Shown: positions 38,493 to 48,484, counted from the stretch's first letter. The stretch: 64,000 nt of DNA from Bacillota bacterium (GCA_041179705.1 JBEGSW010000032.1:6446-70445); one strand, 5' to 3'. Notes: generated by a model not told the origin, from the letters alone. Program-made: numbers and translations.

Positions 38493-39084
38493 TTTGTTCT
38501 CCCCACCTGTGGAATAAACGATGATCAATATCCATCGTGTCAAGAACTTTGCCTACGACAAAATCAATCATATCTTCCACACTCGTTGGTCCTTGATAAA
38601 AAGCAGGCATTGCTGGGATAATATTTACCCCCATCTTAGCTAAACGAAGCATGTTCTCTAAATGAATTTGATGTAACGGTGTCTCTCTTGGAACGATAAT
38701 TAATTTTCTTCCTTCTTTGAGCATAACATCCGCAGCGCGTTCTAATAAGTTGTCAGAATTGCCATTCGATACGGCTGCTAACGTCCCCATCGAACAAGGA
38801 CAAATGACCATCCCACTCGTACGGAATGAACCGCTAGCAATGCTCGCACCAATATCCTGGGCATGGTGATAATGATATTCACCTGAATAATGTCCGAAAT
38901 GCTTTTCAAGCGTGTCAGCACGATTAGAAGTATCCCAATTATGTTCTAACTTTAAAACGCGCCAACCAGATTCTGATATCACCAAATGAACATCTTTTCC
39001 CTGCTCAAGTAACACCTGAATCAACCTGACGCCATAGATCGCACCACTTGCTCCTGTAATTCCGACTACCCAAGGTTTAACCAT
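38455..39084 (-). CDS. ubiX: UbiX-family flavin prenyltransferase (MqnL-like)
   Basis: ..VGITGASGAIYG.. and ..MVICPCSMGTLA.. are canonical UbiX/Pad1 motifs. Confidence 0.9.
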   Translation of the reverse strand: MVKPWVVGITGASGAIYGVRLIQVLLEQGKDVHLVISESGWRVLKLEHNWDTSNRADTLEKHFGHYSGEYHYHHAQDIGASIASGSFRTSGMVICPCSMGTLAAVSNGNSDNLLERAADVMLKEGRKLIIVPRETPLHQIHLENMLRLAKMGVNIIPAMPAFYQGPTSVEDMIDFVVGKVLDTMDIDHRLFHRWGEQNEQHGKNSTGRN

Positions 39085-39086
39085 GA

Positions 39087-39950
39087 CTACACCACCAAAT
39101 CAAGGAATGTGAAAAGAAATACGACTACACTTAAAATACCATTCATTGTAAAAAAGGCTGTGTTTAATTTCGATAAATCATGAGGCGAAACCAATCGATG
39201 TTCGTAAATTAAAATAAGTCCAGCAATTAGAATACCCACAACATATAACCAAGATAAGCTTGTTAACATAATTAGAGACAACAAACCAAAAATCGTAATA
39301 AGGTGAAACCATCTAGCGATTTGTAATGATGCTGCGATGCCAAATCGAGCTGGAATCGAATATAGCCCCTCTTTACGATCGAAATCCACATCTTGACATG
39401 CATAGATCAAATCAAACCCAGCCGTCCAAAGGGATACGCTTAAATAAAAAACAATTGCAGTCCAATCAATACTTCCAGTAACCGCTACCCACCCACCTAA
39501 TGGCGCTAAACCAATCGTTAAACCGAGTATCACATGACACAACCAAGTAAAACGCTTCGTGTAGGAGTAAATAACGAGGAAAAACACAGCAATTGGCAAT
39601 AACTTAACCGATAATGTACTTAATTGTGCCGTAGCTACAAACAGCAATATAAATGAGATAACGATAAATATAATAACTTCTTTCGATTGAAGAAGTCCCG
39701 CAGGGATTGCTCGCATGGCGGTCCGGGCATTTTTACCATCAATCGTCCGATCAATGAATCGATTCAAGCCCATTGCAGCACTTCTCGCACCGATCATTGC
39801 TACTGTAATCCAACCAATGTTCGCCCAACTCGGCAACTGATTATTTATATGTACAGATCCTAATAAAGCTCCCATATAGGCAAAAGGTAATGCAAAAATC
39901 GTATGTTCGAATTTAATCATTTCTAGGAACACTTTAATTTTTTGAAACAT
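39087..39950 (-). CDS. ubiA: UbiA-family aromatic prenyltransferase (4-hydroxybenzoate polyprenyltransferase-like / MqnP-like)
   Basis: Polytopic membrane protein with ..NR.IDR.ID..N.RT..R.. and a second Asp-rich motif DVDFDR. Overlaps the menG 3' end by 17 nt. Confidence 0.85.
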   Translation of the reverse strand: MFQKIKVFLEMIKFEHTIFALPFAYMGALLGSVHINNQLPSWANIGWITVAMIGARSAAMGLNRFIDRTIDGKNARTAMRAIPAGLLQSKEVIIFIVISFILLFVATAQLSTLSVKLLPIAVFFLVIYSYTKRFTWLCHVILGLTIGLAPLGGWVAVTGSIDWTAIVFYLSVSLWTAGFDLIYACQDVDFDRKEGLYSIPARFGIAASLQIARWFHLITIFGLLSLIMLTSLSWLYVVGILIAGLILIYEHRLVSPHDLSKLNTAFFTMNGILSVVVFLFTFLDLVV

Positions 39951-40659
39951 GGTCATTTCCCTTCGTACCAATATGCAACGCTGCAACACCTAGCGTGAGT
40001 GGATAGTCTTTCACATCAATAAGGCCAACTGAACGGAAAATTTCAGCTAATTCTTTCCTACCTGGGAACATGACGAGTGACTCCGGCAACCAACGATATT
40101 CCTCGTAATTTTTAGCAATAAACTTACCCATTAACGGCAATATTTTTTGGAAATAGAAATAATAAATTGCTTTGAATGGTTGACTTGTCGGCTTGGAAGT
40201 TTCAAGACAAACGACCTTCCCACCCGGTTTAACTACTCGTTTCATTTCTCGAAGTACTTGATGTAAATCTGGTACGTTTCGCAAACCAAAACCTATCGTT
40301 GCAAAATCAAAGGAATTATCTGGATACGGCAATGCCATCGCATTGCCTTCAACCAACTTGATTTGATTTTCCAACTGAAGATCATTTATTTTCAATTGCC
40401 CATGTGAAAGCATATGCGCACTAAAATCTAATCCAACGATGTCTCCGGATTGACTTGTGTGGGCAAGCGCAATGGTCCAATCACAGGTCCCACAACACAA
40501 ATCAATCGCAGTCTGTCCTGGTTGAACATTCATTTTCTTCATCGTGAATTTGCGCCAAGCTTTGTGTCTTCTAAAGCTAATTAAATTATTCATCATGTCG
40601 TATTTGGGTGCGATTGACTCAAATACGGAATGAACAAACTTCTCTTTTTTCGTTTCCAT
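39934..40659 (-). CDS. menG: Demethylmenaquinone methyltransferase (UbiE/MenG)
   Basis: ..[21 protein letters not shown].. and the SAM motif DLCCGT. Confidence 0.9.
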   Translation of the reverse strand: METKKEKFVHSVFESIAPKYDMMNNLISFRRHKAWRKFTMKKMNVQPGQTAIDLCCGTCDWTIALAHTSQSGDIVGLDFSAHMLSHGQLKINDLQLENQIKLVEGNAMALPYPDNSFDFATIGFGLRNVPDLHQVLREMKRVVKPGGKVVCLETSKPTSQPFKAIYYFYFQKILPLMGKFIAKNYEEYRWLPESLVMFPGRKELAEIFRSVGLIDVKDYPLTLGVAALHIGTKGNDHVSKN

Positions 40660-40674
40660 GGTTTACCTCTAATC

Positions 40675-41421
40675 TTAAATTGTAATCGTTCCTTGCATTT
40701 GTAGTCTGATTTTCTCGACTTCATCCTGAATCAGACGGAATGGCGAAACCGATAACAGTTGATTTAACTGTGACCACTCCACCTTAAACATTGCAACGAA
40801 TTTATCTTTATCTTTGGATTCATATTCCTCAGATTGCATCATTTCCAAAATTACTTCACAGGTAGTTAAACGATGCAACGCCATCGGATAGATGCTTTTA
40901 AATGAATCCTGTAGAAGATCAGAAAAAACAAGAAACAACGGTTTTCTAACTTTCACTTTTGCTTCTATCTGTTCATGCAAAGATAATTTCACTGACTTTG
41001 CATGCATATAAATATCCAACTTCAAGCGATTCACTTCACTAATCGCATCAGAAATCTTGTTAATAAGTTGAATTTGACCAATCTTCGCTAACAATTGGTA
41101 AAAGCGCGCGCTATAATAATCTCCAGCCAAAATACGTAATTGTCTTTTTCGCTCATCATTCGCATCTTCGCCATGAATCGGTTTATCATCTATTCCATCA
41201 TGAATATCTAAGCCAATCTGTACGAGTGAAGTAGCTAACGAAACAACTTCGTGCTGCTTTGCAAATGTTGGAGATCCAAGGCTCAAAAAAGCATACAGCA
41301 AACGAGCCCGATAATCGACGTATCGAGGAATAGATGTATATTTAATTATCATATCGTATTCTAAATACGGCTTCGCCATTTCATCAAGAAGAAATGGCTT
41401 CATCTCCGCGCGATTTGTCAT
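40675..41421 (-). CDS. hepS: Heptaprenyl diphosphate synthase component I
   Basis: The size and position between mtrB and menG are exactly as in B. subtilis, and the translation is helical and HepS-like. Confidence 0.8.
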   Translation of the reverse strand: MTNRAEMKPFLLDEMAKPYLEYDMIIKYTSIPRYVDYRARLLYAFLSLGSPTFAKQHEVVSLATSLVQIGLDIHDGIDDKPIHGEDANDERKRQLRILAGDYYSARFYQLLAKIGQIQLINKISDAISEVNRLKLDIYMHAKSVKLSLHEQIEAKVKVRKPLFLVFSDLLQDSFKSIYPMALHRLTTCEVILEMMQSEEYESKDKDKFVAMFKVEWSQLNQLLSVSPFRLIQDEVEKIRLQMQGTITI

Positions 41422-41427
41422 TCAAAT

Positions 41428-41658
41428 TTACTCCCCTGTCTCAATCATGCCATACTTCGTATAGAGGGTTGCTTTGCCACGAATTTTCACTGCAGAAGTA
41501 TGATCTGTAAATTGGGCAATCATGACTTCTCCCTTATCTAATTTCTCCGTGTGATGAAACCGTGTATCTTGACCACGTGTAAGACCAATTACGTTAACGC
41601 CGTTCTCTTGTGCTTTCACTACGAAATACTCACCTTGAATTAATTCCATCTTTCGCAC
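41428..41658 (-). CDS. mtrB: trp RNA-binding attenuation protein TRAP
   Basis: ..[43 protein letters not shown].. is nearly identical in pattern to B. subtilis MtrB. Confidence 0.95.
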   Translation of the reverse strand: MRKMELIQGEYFVVKAQENGVNVIGLTRGQDTRFHHTEKLDKGEVMIAQFTDHTSAVKIRGKATLYTKYGMIETGE

Positions 41659-41735
41659 TCCTTCAAAAGGTTTCGTTCATAAATCATCTTATGATTATAC
41701 ACCAATTTAATCGGATATAAAAATAAGGCTGCATG

Positions 41736-41768
41736 AAAAAGCTACACTTCTTCGAGAAGAAGTGTAGC
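41736..41768 (-). terminator. Terminator downstream of spoIVA
   Basis: Perfect 12-bp stem GCUACACUUCUU/AAGAAGUGUAGC, a 4-nt loop, then UUUUU on the minus strand. Confidence 0.8.
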
Positions 41769-41779
41769 TCCACTTGAGA

Positions 41780-43258
41780 TTACAAAATAATGGCAATTAA
41801 TCCACCTGAACCTTCGTTAATAATTCGTCCCAACGTTTCTTGCAATTTGTATCGGGCGTGATCAGGCATCATTGTTAACTTTGCTTGAATGCCGTCACGA
41901 ACGATGGAATGTAAGGATCGACCAAACATGTCGGATTCCCATATTTTTAGTGGATCAGTCTCAAAATCCTGCATGAGGAAACGAACCAACTCTTCACTTT
42001 GTTTCTCTGAACCAATGATCGGTGCAAATTCGGATTCCACATCAACCCGAATCATGTGAATCGAAGGTGCCGTAGCTTTCAATCGAACGCCATATCGGGA
42101 CCCTTGTCGAATTAATTCTGGTTCATCCAATCGCATTTCACTTAATGGCGGAGAAGCCACGCCATACCCTGTTGTCTTTACCATCTCAAGCGCCTCTGCA
42201 AATCGATCATATTCTCTCTTCGCAACACTAAACTCCTGCATTAATTGTAACAGATGGTCTTTCCCGCGAATTTCTACCCCTACGATCTCCATCAATATTT
42301 GATCATACAACGCGTCAGGCGCGTATAAATCAATTTCAGCGATGCCCTGACCCATGTTCATGCCCGCTAAACCTGCACGATCAATAAATTCATATGTCGT
42401 GAAAGATTCGACGACGACATTTACATCTCTTAATCGACGGATATTTTTTACCGTATCACGAACCGAATCCTCATAATTTCGGCGCAACCAATGTTGATCA
42501 TCCAACACCATGACCCAACTTGGTAAATTGACATTGACTTCGTGAACAGGGAATTCATACAGCACTTCTTTCATCACGTTAACGGCTTCAGGTTCGTCCA
42601 TATCAGCAACACTCATAATAATAACTGGAACATTATGTTCATCTGCTAATTTCGAACGTAAATCGAGTGTGACGGGATTCGTTGGAGTTGTAGAATTAAT
42701 TACGACAACAAACGGTTTACCGACTTCCTTTAACTCCTCAATAACTCTTGCCTCCGCACTCACATAGGACTCTCGGGGAATATCTGCGATTGATCCGTCA
42801 CAAGTCACAACTACACCAATTGTAGAATGCTCCTGGATTACTTTTCTTGTTCCCATTTCAGCAGCTTCTTGGAACGGAATGGCTTCATCAAACCATGGTG
42901 TATGAATCATTCGTGGTCCGTTTTCATCCTCGTAACCTTTCGCACCTTCTACGGCGTATCCAACACAATCAACGATTCGAATATTAACATCTAGACCTTC
43001 TTCGATGCGAATGGCAACCGCTTGATTGGGTACAAATTTAGGTTCGGTGGTCATGATGGTCTTGCCAGCTGCGCTTTGAGGAAGTTCATCTTTTGCACGA
43101 ATTCGCTCGGCTTCATGATGGATGTTCGGCATAACTAGCGTTTCCATGAACCGTTTGATAAATGTTGATTTCCCTGTTCGCACCGCGCCAACAACGCCGA
43201 TGTAAATATCTCCGCCAGTTCGCTCTGCGATGTCTTTAAATAGATTAATCTTTTCCAC
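41780..43258 (-). CDS. spoIVA: Stage IV sporulation protein A (spore coat morphogenetic ATPase)
   Basis: ..IFKDIAERTGGDIYIGVVGAVRTGKSTFIKRFM.. matches the B. subtilis SpoIVA N-terminus. GTG start after GGGAGG gives 492 aa. Confidence 0.95.
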   Translation of the reverse strand: MEKINLFKDIAERTGGDIYIGVVGAVRTGKSTFIKRFMETLVMPNIHHEAERIRAKDELPQSAAGKTIMTTEPKFVPNQAVAIRIEEGLDVNIRIVDCVGYAVEGAKGYEDENGPRMIHTPWFDEAIPFQEAAEMGTRKVIQEHSTIGVVVTCDGSIADIPRESYVSAEARVIEELKEVGKPFVVVINSTTPTNPVTLDLRSKLADEHNVPVIIMSVADMDEPEAVNVMKEVLYEFPVHEVNVNLPSWVMVLDDQHWLRRNYEDSVRDTVKNIRRLRDVNVVVESFTTYEFIDRAGLAGMNMGQGIAEIDLYAPDALYDQILMEIVGVEIRGKDHLLQLMQEFSVAKREYDRFAEALEMVKTTGYGVASPPLSEMRLDEPELIRQGSRYGVRLKATAPSIHMIRVDVESEFAPIIGSEKQSEELVRFLMQDFETDPLKIWESDMFGRSLHSIVRDGIQAKLTMMPDHARYKLQETLGRIINEGSGGLIAIIL

Positions 43259-43355
43259 GTTATAGCCTCCCGACTCGTACATAATTTTGGACTAGTAAGA
43301 AGGTATGTCAGTAGATAAAAAAAAAGACCTTTCTGAAAAAGAAAGGCCCCTTCAT

Positions 43356-44087
43356 CTAAGGTTCGGCAATTTGGGGTTGATTGTTGTTCCAATAATATGC
43401 TGCTGAACGACCCGGCACATAATAACTTGCTTGTACAAGATACGTGCGCAAATCAATATCGGCTGGCGGGTTATTCACTGCAAGTAGTTTCATCGCTTTA
43501 CTTATGTCTGCAGCATAATCAAGCACAAGTTGACCATCTAAAGCAACAAGGATTTCCGTTGGTTGCTTTGAGTAAGGACTCAAGATAACTGGTTTGTCTA
43601 TCTTCAATTTCTCATAATCGATGTAATACCATCCTGATTGATAAATTGATTTAGATGGAATTAATCCGCGATTATTAAGTCTATATGTGTCAATTTGGGA
43701 CTGCAGATCATTTAATTGTTGTAAAGATAATAGATCGAGAAGTTTAACTTGTGGTTTTTCTTCAGCATCGATGAGTACATAATAATTAGCCCCACCTTTT
43801 TCAAATGAATTTGAAGGAATTTCACCAAGAAAACCACGATCGATTATTTTTTTGAAATCAATCACATATTGTTCATACGTTGAAGTGCTTGAATCGAAAT
43901 TCTTTATCGGTAATACACCTGTCGCTGTCCGATAAGAATCCACCGCAGCCTGAACAAGCGTTAATGAATCTTTCACTACAGCAGGATTGGTCGAGTTCGA
44001 TGTATTGTTGTTATACATACATCCACTTAGCAACCCAACGATCAAAACAAATAGGATCAACTTTAAAATTTTGTTTATAGTCACCAA
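43356..44087 (-). CDS. Lipoprotein, YphF-like by position
   Basis: Lipobox LLSGC after an N-terminal signal. About 243 aa, directly upstream of spoIVA like B. subtilis yphF. The sequence was not independently recognised. Confidence 0.45.
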   Translation of the reverse strand: MVTINKILKLILFVLIVGLLSGCMYNNNTSNSTNPAVVKDSLTLVQAAVDSYRTATGVLPIKNFDSSTSTYEQYVIDFKKIIDRGFLGEIPSNSFEKGGANYYVLIDAEEKPQVKLLDLLSLQQLNDLQSQIDTYRLNNRGLIPSKSIYQSGWYYIDYEKLKIDKPVILSPYSKQPTEILVALDGQLVLDYAADISKAMKLLAVNNPPADIDLRTYLVQASYYVPGRSAAYYWNNNQPQIAEP

Positions 44088-44434
44088 AGGCTATCTTCCT
44101 CCTGTTGTTTCGCCAACTGTGCACGAATTGCAGCTTTCAGCGGACTCTCTGGTAGCTCAACCACTACCAAGTGACCTGAGCCACTTAATTTCGCTTGGCA
44201 CGAAAGTCGAACTCCCCTTTGAATGGCATTTTCACCAAGTTTATTGATTTCTTTAAGTTGCGGGGGTTGCAAGCCAGCTCCTTCTATCACTTGAACTTTA
44301 CACATCATACATGCGGCATTTCCATCACAACGTGTCGCTATAGAGACATTGGCTTTCCGAGCTAATTGCAGAATTGACATATGTGCTCGTCCTTCAACTG
44401 TCCGATCAGCTGGCAAAAAACGTACTTTAATCAT
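44081..44434 (-). CDS. 2Fe-2S ferredoxin-like protein (plant-type fold)
   Basis: Cys pattern C-x5-C-x2-C ... C (RCDGNAACMMC ... LSCQA). GGAGGGAG RBS. Confidence 0.75.
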   Translation of the reverse strand: MIKVRFLPADRTVEGRAHMSILQLARKANVSIATRCDGNAACMMCKVQVIEGAGLQPPQLKEINKLGENAIQRGVRLSCQAKLSGSGHLVVVELPESPLKAAIRAQLAKQQEEDSLW

Positions 44435-44457
44435 GGGAACTCCCTCCTAACACCCAA

Positions 44458-44751
44458 CTAAAAATAGGTTTTATTCGTCACGATTAACGTACCCGGCTGT
44501 CTAATTGTCGCCTGACAGGCTAGTCTGTAACCTTCTTCAATTTCATCATCCATCAGTCGCTGGTATTCTTTGTCGTTTAATTCAGATAGAAGTTCTTGCC
44601 CTTCTGATACGAGGCATCTGCAGCGACAACATGTTCCTCTGGAACAATTATATAGCCATTGTAAATCGTGTTGTTTCGCTAATTCGAGTATCGTTATTCC
44701 AGTCACGGGTGGAATTGTTGTTGTTTTCGTCTTAGAAGTAAGTGTAAACAT
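44458..44751 (-). CDS. 2Fe-2S ferredoxin-like protein (plant-type fold), paralogue of the adjacent gene
   Basis: Cys pattern C-x4-C-x2-C ... C (CSRGTCCRC ... LACQA). AAGGAGG RBS. Confidence 0.75.
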   Translation of the reverse strand: MFTLTSKTKTTTIPPVTGITILELAKQHDLQWLYNCSRGTCCRCRCLVSEGQELLSELNDKEYQRLMDDEIEEGYRLACQATIRQPGTLIVTNKTYF

Positions 44752-44760
44752 AGTTCCTCC

Positions 44761-44958
44761 TTAAATGATAGCAATTAAACCTAAAACCATGCCCGTTATT
44801 AAGCAAATAAATGCAATCGTCGACAGCAAAAATCGAATCAAGCCTTTTGTTTTTAAACGAACAAATGTAATTAAAAGTGCAGCAAATACCATTAAACCAA
44901 TGCCGTAAAGCGAGGCCCACATCTTTTGCATCGGATCCAAAACTTCGGTAACTTCCAT
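44761..44958 (-). CDS. Small two-TM membrane protein (YphE/DUF2768-like by position)
   Basis: A 65-aa hydrophobic translation with a GGAAGGGGA RBS before the ATG at 44958. It sits 9 nt upstream of the ferredoxin gene. Confidence 0.45.
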   Translation of the reverse strand: MEVTEVLDPMQKMWASLYGIGLMVFAALLITFVRLKTKGLIRFLLSTIAFICLITGMVLGLIAII

Positions 44959-45020
44959 TTTTTCGTCCCCTTCCATAAAAAACACATAGTAATCCTATTA
45001 TAGCACATCTGGATGACGAT

Positions 45021-45050
45021 AAAAAAAGCATGACTCCGATGGAGTCATGC
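45021..45050 (-). terminator. Terminator downstream of the SpoVIF-like gene
   Basis: Stem GCAUGACUCC/GGAGUCAUGC followed by UUUUUUU on the minus strand. Confidence 0.75.
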
Positions 45051-45055
45051 TTCCT

Positions 45056-45334
45056 CTAGGTTTTTGTGTTCATCATTTTCCGAATCATTTGATCCATTTG
45101 CCCCGTATTCAAAGAGCCATTTTGAATAGATTTTACGATATCATTGACGATTTTTGGGGGAACTTTCATACCTGCCATAGCCCCAACGGATTGAACGAGT
45201 TGTTTTAATTGGTGTTCATTTTCAAGTGTTGTGGGTTTAACCTGTTTAGCTACATTCTGAATGTCTTTATTCGTTATGTGTTTACCTGTTTTGTTGTTCA
45301 GTTTCTGTAAAATATCGTTCGTTCGATGACTCAA
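45056..45334 (-). CDS. Stage VI sporulation protein F-like small protein
   Basis: A 92-aa hydrophilic protein whose pattern (..KTG....DI..VA..V.......E..L.QL...V...A...V......IV..I.) resembles SpoVIF/YjcC. TTG start after GAGGGAGGGA. Confidence 0.5.
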   Translation of the reverse strand: MSHRTNDILQKLNNKTGKHITNKDIQNVAKQVKPTTLENEHQLKQLVQSVGAMAGMKVPPKIVNDIVKSIQNGSLNTGQMDQMIRKMMNTKT

Positions 45335-45403
45335 AAAAATCCCTCCCTCACAGCGATGTAATACTACATCTTATGTCAGGGAAGGATGTTCAGTTAGGGC
45401 TAT

Positions 45404-46411
45404 TTATTGCATTTCTTGCGTGCGATTGCGCCCCATCAAATCCTCAACAACTTGGTTTCCAGATTTGCCTTCGAATAACAATGCATATAGTTGCGACGTA
45501 ATCGGCATTTCAACATTATATTTGTGCGACAACAAATGAGCAGCTTGCGTCGTTCGAACCCCTTCAACGACCATACCCATTTCATCAAGTACTTGTTGCA
45601 AACTTTTTCCTTGTCCGAGTGCATAACCAGCACGCCAATTGCGACTATGTTTACTTGTGCAAGTCACAATTAAATCACCTACACCTGCTAATCCCGCAAA
45701 CGTTAATGGATCAGCTCCCATCGCTGTCCCAAGTCGAGAAATCTCAGCTAATCCACGAGTCATTAGTGCTGCCTTGGCATTATCGCCGAACCCTAATCCA
45801 TCAGATAAACCAGCACCAAGTGCAATAATATTTTTTAAAGCACCGGCAATTTCAACACCAATAATATCTGTATTTGTATACACACGGAAATAATTATTGA
45901 TGAATAAGTCTTGCGCATTTTCTGCTGCATGCTGTGATCGAGAAGCAACAACGACCGTAGTTGGACATTTACGAATAACTTCTTCGGCATGACTTGGCCC
46001 AGATAAAACAACAATACGATTCTGCAAACTTGGAATTTCCTCAATAATTACAGTAGACATGGCCGCAAGCGTCTCCGCTTCGAAGCCTTTCGTTGCATGA
46101 ACAACTGTCATGTGATCTGTGACGAAAGCTGAAAGTTGCTTTGCCACTTCTCGCATTGCTTTAGAGGGGGCAACAATCAATACTAATTCCGCACCTTCAA
46201 CCGCCTCTTGCATCGATTGATTTGCACGAATATTAGTATGTAGTGTGACGTCAGGTAAATACTTCGAATTTGTATGTTTCGTGTTTATCTCATTTACTTG
46301 CCCAGCGTCGCGACTCCATAGATGAACAGCATGTCCATTTTCTGCTAGGACAGATGCAAGCGCAGTCCCCCAACTTCCAGCGACAAGCACAGCTACTTTA
46401 CGTTGGCTCAT
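45404..46411 (-). CDS. gpsA: NAD(P)H-dependent glycerol-3-phosphate dehydrogenase
   Basis: ..VAVLVAGSWGTALA.. and a conserved GpsA core. ATGA overlap with plsY. Confidence 0.95.
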   Translation of the reverse strand: MSQRKVAVLVAGSWGTALASVLAENGHAVHLWSRDAGQVNEINTKHTNSKYLPDVTLHTNIRANQSMQEAVEGAELVLIVAPSKAMREVAKQLSAFVTDHMTVVHATKGFEAETLAAMSTVIIEEIPSLQNRIVVLSGPSHAEEVIRKCPTTVVVASRSQHAAENAQDLFINNYFRVYTNTDIIGVEIAGALKNIIALGAGLSDGLGFGDNAKAALMTRGLAEISRLGTAMGADPLTFAGLAGVGDLIVTCTSKHSRNWRAGYALGQGKSLQQVLDEMGMVVEGVRTTQAAHLLSHKYNVEMPITSQLYALLFEGKSGNQVVEDLMGRNRTQEMQ

Positions 46412-47052
46412 GATTGCTCCCCCTTAGAGGCTGCATTCTTCTTACTGAAGATTTTATTTTCTTGACCTTTAAGTAATTTCACAATATTCGTACGGTGACG
46501 GAACCAAGCAAAAATACATATTAATATCGCAAATAATACAAGCGCAACACCATGGCGTTCCCCTTGCGTAGCTGGAATTAATAAGAAAATTGGCATAAGT
46601 AGCGTAAACACGAGTGAACCCAGGGATACATATCGTGTAGTCGCAATCAAAAGCAAACCAATAATGCCCGCATACAAAGCAGGCAAGCTAATCAATGTCG
46701 CAGTGACACCAATCGTTGTTGCAATCCCCTTGCCACCTTTAAATCCAAAATAAATCGGCCAGTTATGACCAACAATCGCAGCGACACCAGCAAGGACATG
46801 AAGCCACTGATTATCTGTGAACATGCGAATAAGCAAAACTGCGACAATCCCTTTAACAACATCAAGCAATAAGACAGTAATACCAGGTCCAACACCGAGT
46901 ACACGCAGCGTATTCGTCGCCCCAGCATTGCCACTACCATGTTGACGTATATCGATACCTTTTAATAATTTACCAAATAAGTAACTGAAACTAATGGAGC
47001 CAAGCAAATAACTTATCACTATGACCCCAATCAAGATGATTGTATCCATCAC
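46408..47052 (-). CDS. plsY: Glycerol-3-phosphate acyltransferase PlsY
   Basis: ..YLLGSISFSY..GSGN.GATN.. are PlsY motifs, and the protein is polytopic. Confidence 0.95.
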   Translation of the reverse strand: MMDTIILIGVIVISYLLGSISFSYLFGKLLKGIDIRQHGSGNAGATNTLRVLGVGPGITVLLLDVVKGIVAVLLIRMFTDNQWLHVLAGVAAIVGHNWPIYFGFKGGKGIATTIGVTATLISLPALYAGIIGLLLIATTRYVSLGSLVFTLLMPIFLLIPATQGERHGVALVLFAILICIFAWFRHRTNIVKLLKGQENKIFSKKNAASKGEQS

Positions 47053-47060
47053 TGTTTCCC

Positions 47061-48380
47061 CTATTCTTCTTCACTTTTCTTACGTAACATAATTCGGATT
47101 GGCGTTCCTTCAAACGTAAATGCCGCACGAATCTTGTTCTCCAAAAATCGTTCGTACGAGAAGTGCATGAGTTCCGGATTATTTACGAACAAAATAAAGG
47201 TTGGCGGCTTAACGGCAACTTGCGTTGCATAGTTAATTTTCAATCGACGTCCTTTATCAGTTGGCGGCGGCGTAACCGTTACGGCATCATAAATCAAATC
47301 ATTAAGTACATGGGTTTGAACACGCATTGAATGTTGTTCAGAGACATGATTAATTAATGGTAATAGTTTATGCAATCGCTTTTTGGACATCGCAGAGACA
47401 AATAAAATTGGCGCATAGGTCATAAATAAAAAATGATCTCTTATCTTTTGTGCGAAGTGTTGCATGGTCTTTTCGTCTTTTTCAACGATGTCCCATTTAT
47501 TTACAACAAAGATACAAGCTTTTCCTGCTTCATGTGCATAACCAGCAATATGCTTATCTTGTTCAATAATGCCTTCTTCACCATTAATCACAATTAATAC
47601 AACATCAGAACGCTCAATCGCTTTCATCGCCCGCATGACACTGTATTTCTCTGTGGACTCATACACTTTACCGCGTTTACGAATACCAGCGGTATCGATA
47701 ATGACATATTTCTGACCATCTTTTTCTAGTGGCGTATCAATCGCATCGCGCGTGGTACCAGCTACGTTGCTGACAATAACGCGGTCTTCCCCCAACATAG
47801 CATTAACTAATGAAGATTTGCCAACATTCGGACGACCAATCAACGAAAACTTAATGGTATCTTCTTCATACTCATCATCTTCGTGAATTGGTAATTTCGC
47901 GATTACTTCATCGAGTAAATCTCCAATACCGACGCCATGTGCGCCAGAAATTGCAATTGGATCACCAAAACCCAACTCATAAAATTCATAAATATCGCTG
48001 ATTCTTTGTGTATTATCGATCTTATTTACTGCTAAGACGATTGGCTTACGTGAACGGAATAGTAATTCTGCTACTTCTTTATCTGCAGGTGTAATCCCCG
48101 CTTTCCCATCAGCCATAAAAATAATCAGATCTGCTTCGGCAATTGCCAATTCTGCTTGAACACGAATCGACTTCAACATCTCATCTTCGCTGATTTCAAT
48201 CCCACCTGTATCAATAACGCCAAATGGAATACCACTCCATTCTGCATTTCCATAAAGACGATCCCGCGTAATACCTGGTTTATCTTCAACAATCGCTAAA
48301 CGATCGCCAATAATACGGTTAAAAATTGTCGATTTACCTACATTAGGGCGACCTACAATCGCTACAATCGATTTAGCCAT
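47061..48380 (-). CDS. der: Ribosome-associated GTPase Der/EngA (tandem GTPase domains plus KH-like domain)
   Basis: There are two GRPNVGKS P-loops. Confidence 0.95.
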   Translation of the reverse strand: MAKSIVAIVGRPNVGKSTIFNRIIGDRLAIVEDKPGITRDRLYGNAEWSGIPFGVIDTGGIEISEDEMLKSIRVQAELAIAEADLIIFMADGKAGITPADKEVAELLFRSRKPIVLAVNKIDNTQRISDIYEFYELGFGDPIAISGAHGVGIGDLLDEVIAKLPIHEDDEYEEDTIKFSLIGRPNVGKSSLVNAMLGEDRVIVSNVAGTTRDAIDTPLEKDGQKYVIIDTAGIRKRGKVYESTEKYSVMRAMKAIERSDVVLIVINGEEGIIEQDKHIAGYAHEAGKACIFVVNKWDIVEKDEKTMQHFAQKIRDHFLFMTYAPILFVSAMSKKRLHKLLPLINHVSEQHSMRVQTHVLNDLIYDAVTVTPPPTDKGRRLKINYATQVAVKPPTFILFVNNPELMHFSYERFLENKIRAAFTFEGTPIRIMLRKKSEEE

Positions 48381-48444
48381 TTATTGTTCCTCCTTCGAAA
48401 CTCACTGCATTTCATCATATCAAATTATGCCCAACCTTGCACCC

Positions 48445-48477
48445 AAAAAAAAGCCTGGGCATGAGTTGCCCAGGCTT
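48445..48477 (-). terminator. Terminator downstream of rpsA
   Basis: Stem AAGCCUGGGC/GCCCAGGCUU, a 7-nt loop, then UUUUUUUU on the minus strand. Confidence 0.8.
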
Positions 48478-48484
48478 TTGATGC

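Noticed and set aside
45335-45403. A possible sigmaK-type promoter (AC-N17-CATAAGAT) and an RBS-proximal hairpin (GAUGUA-GUAU-UACAUC) lie upstream of the SpoVIF-like gene.
   Set aside because: The match to the loose sigmaK consensus is partial, and such motifs arise easily in AT-rich spacers. It cannot be supported from sequence alone.
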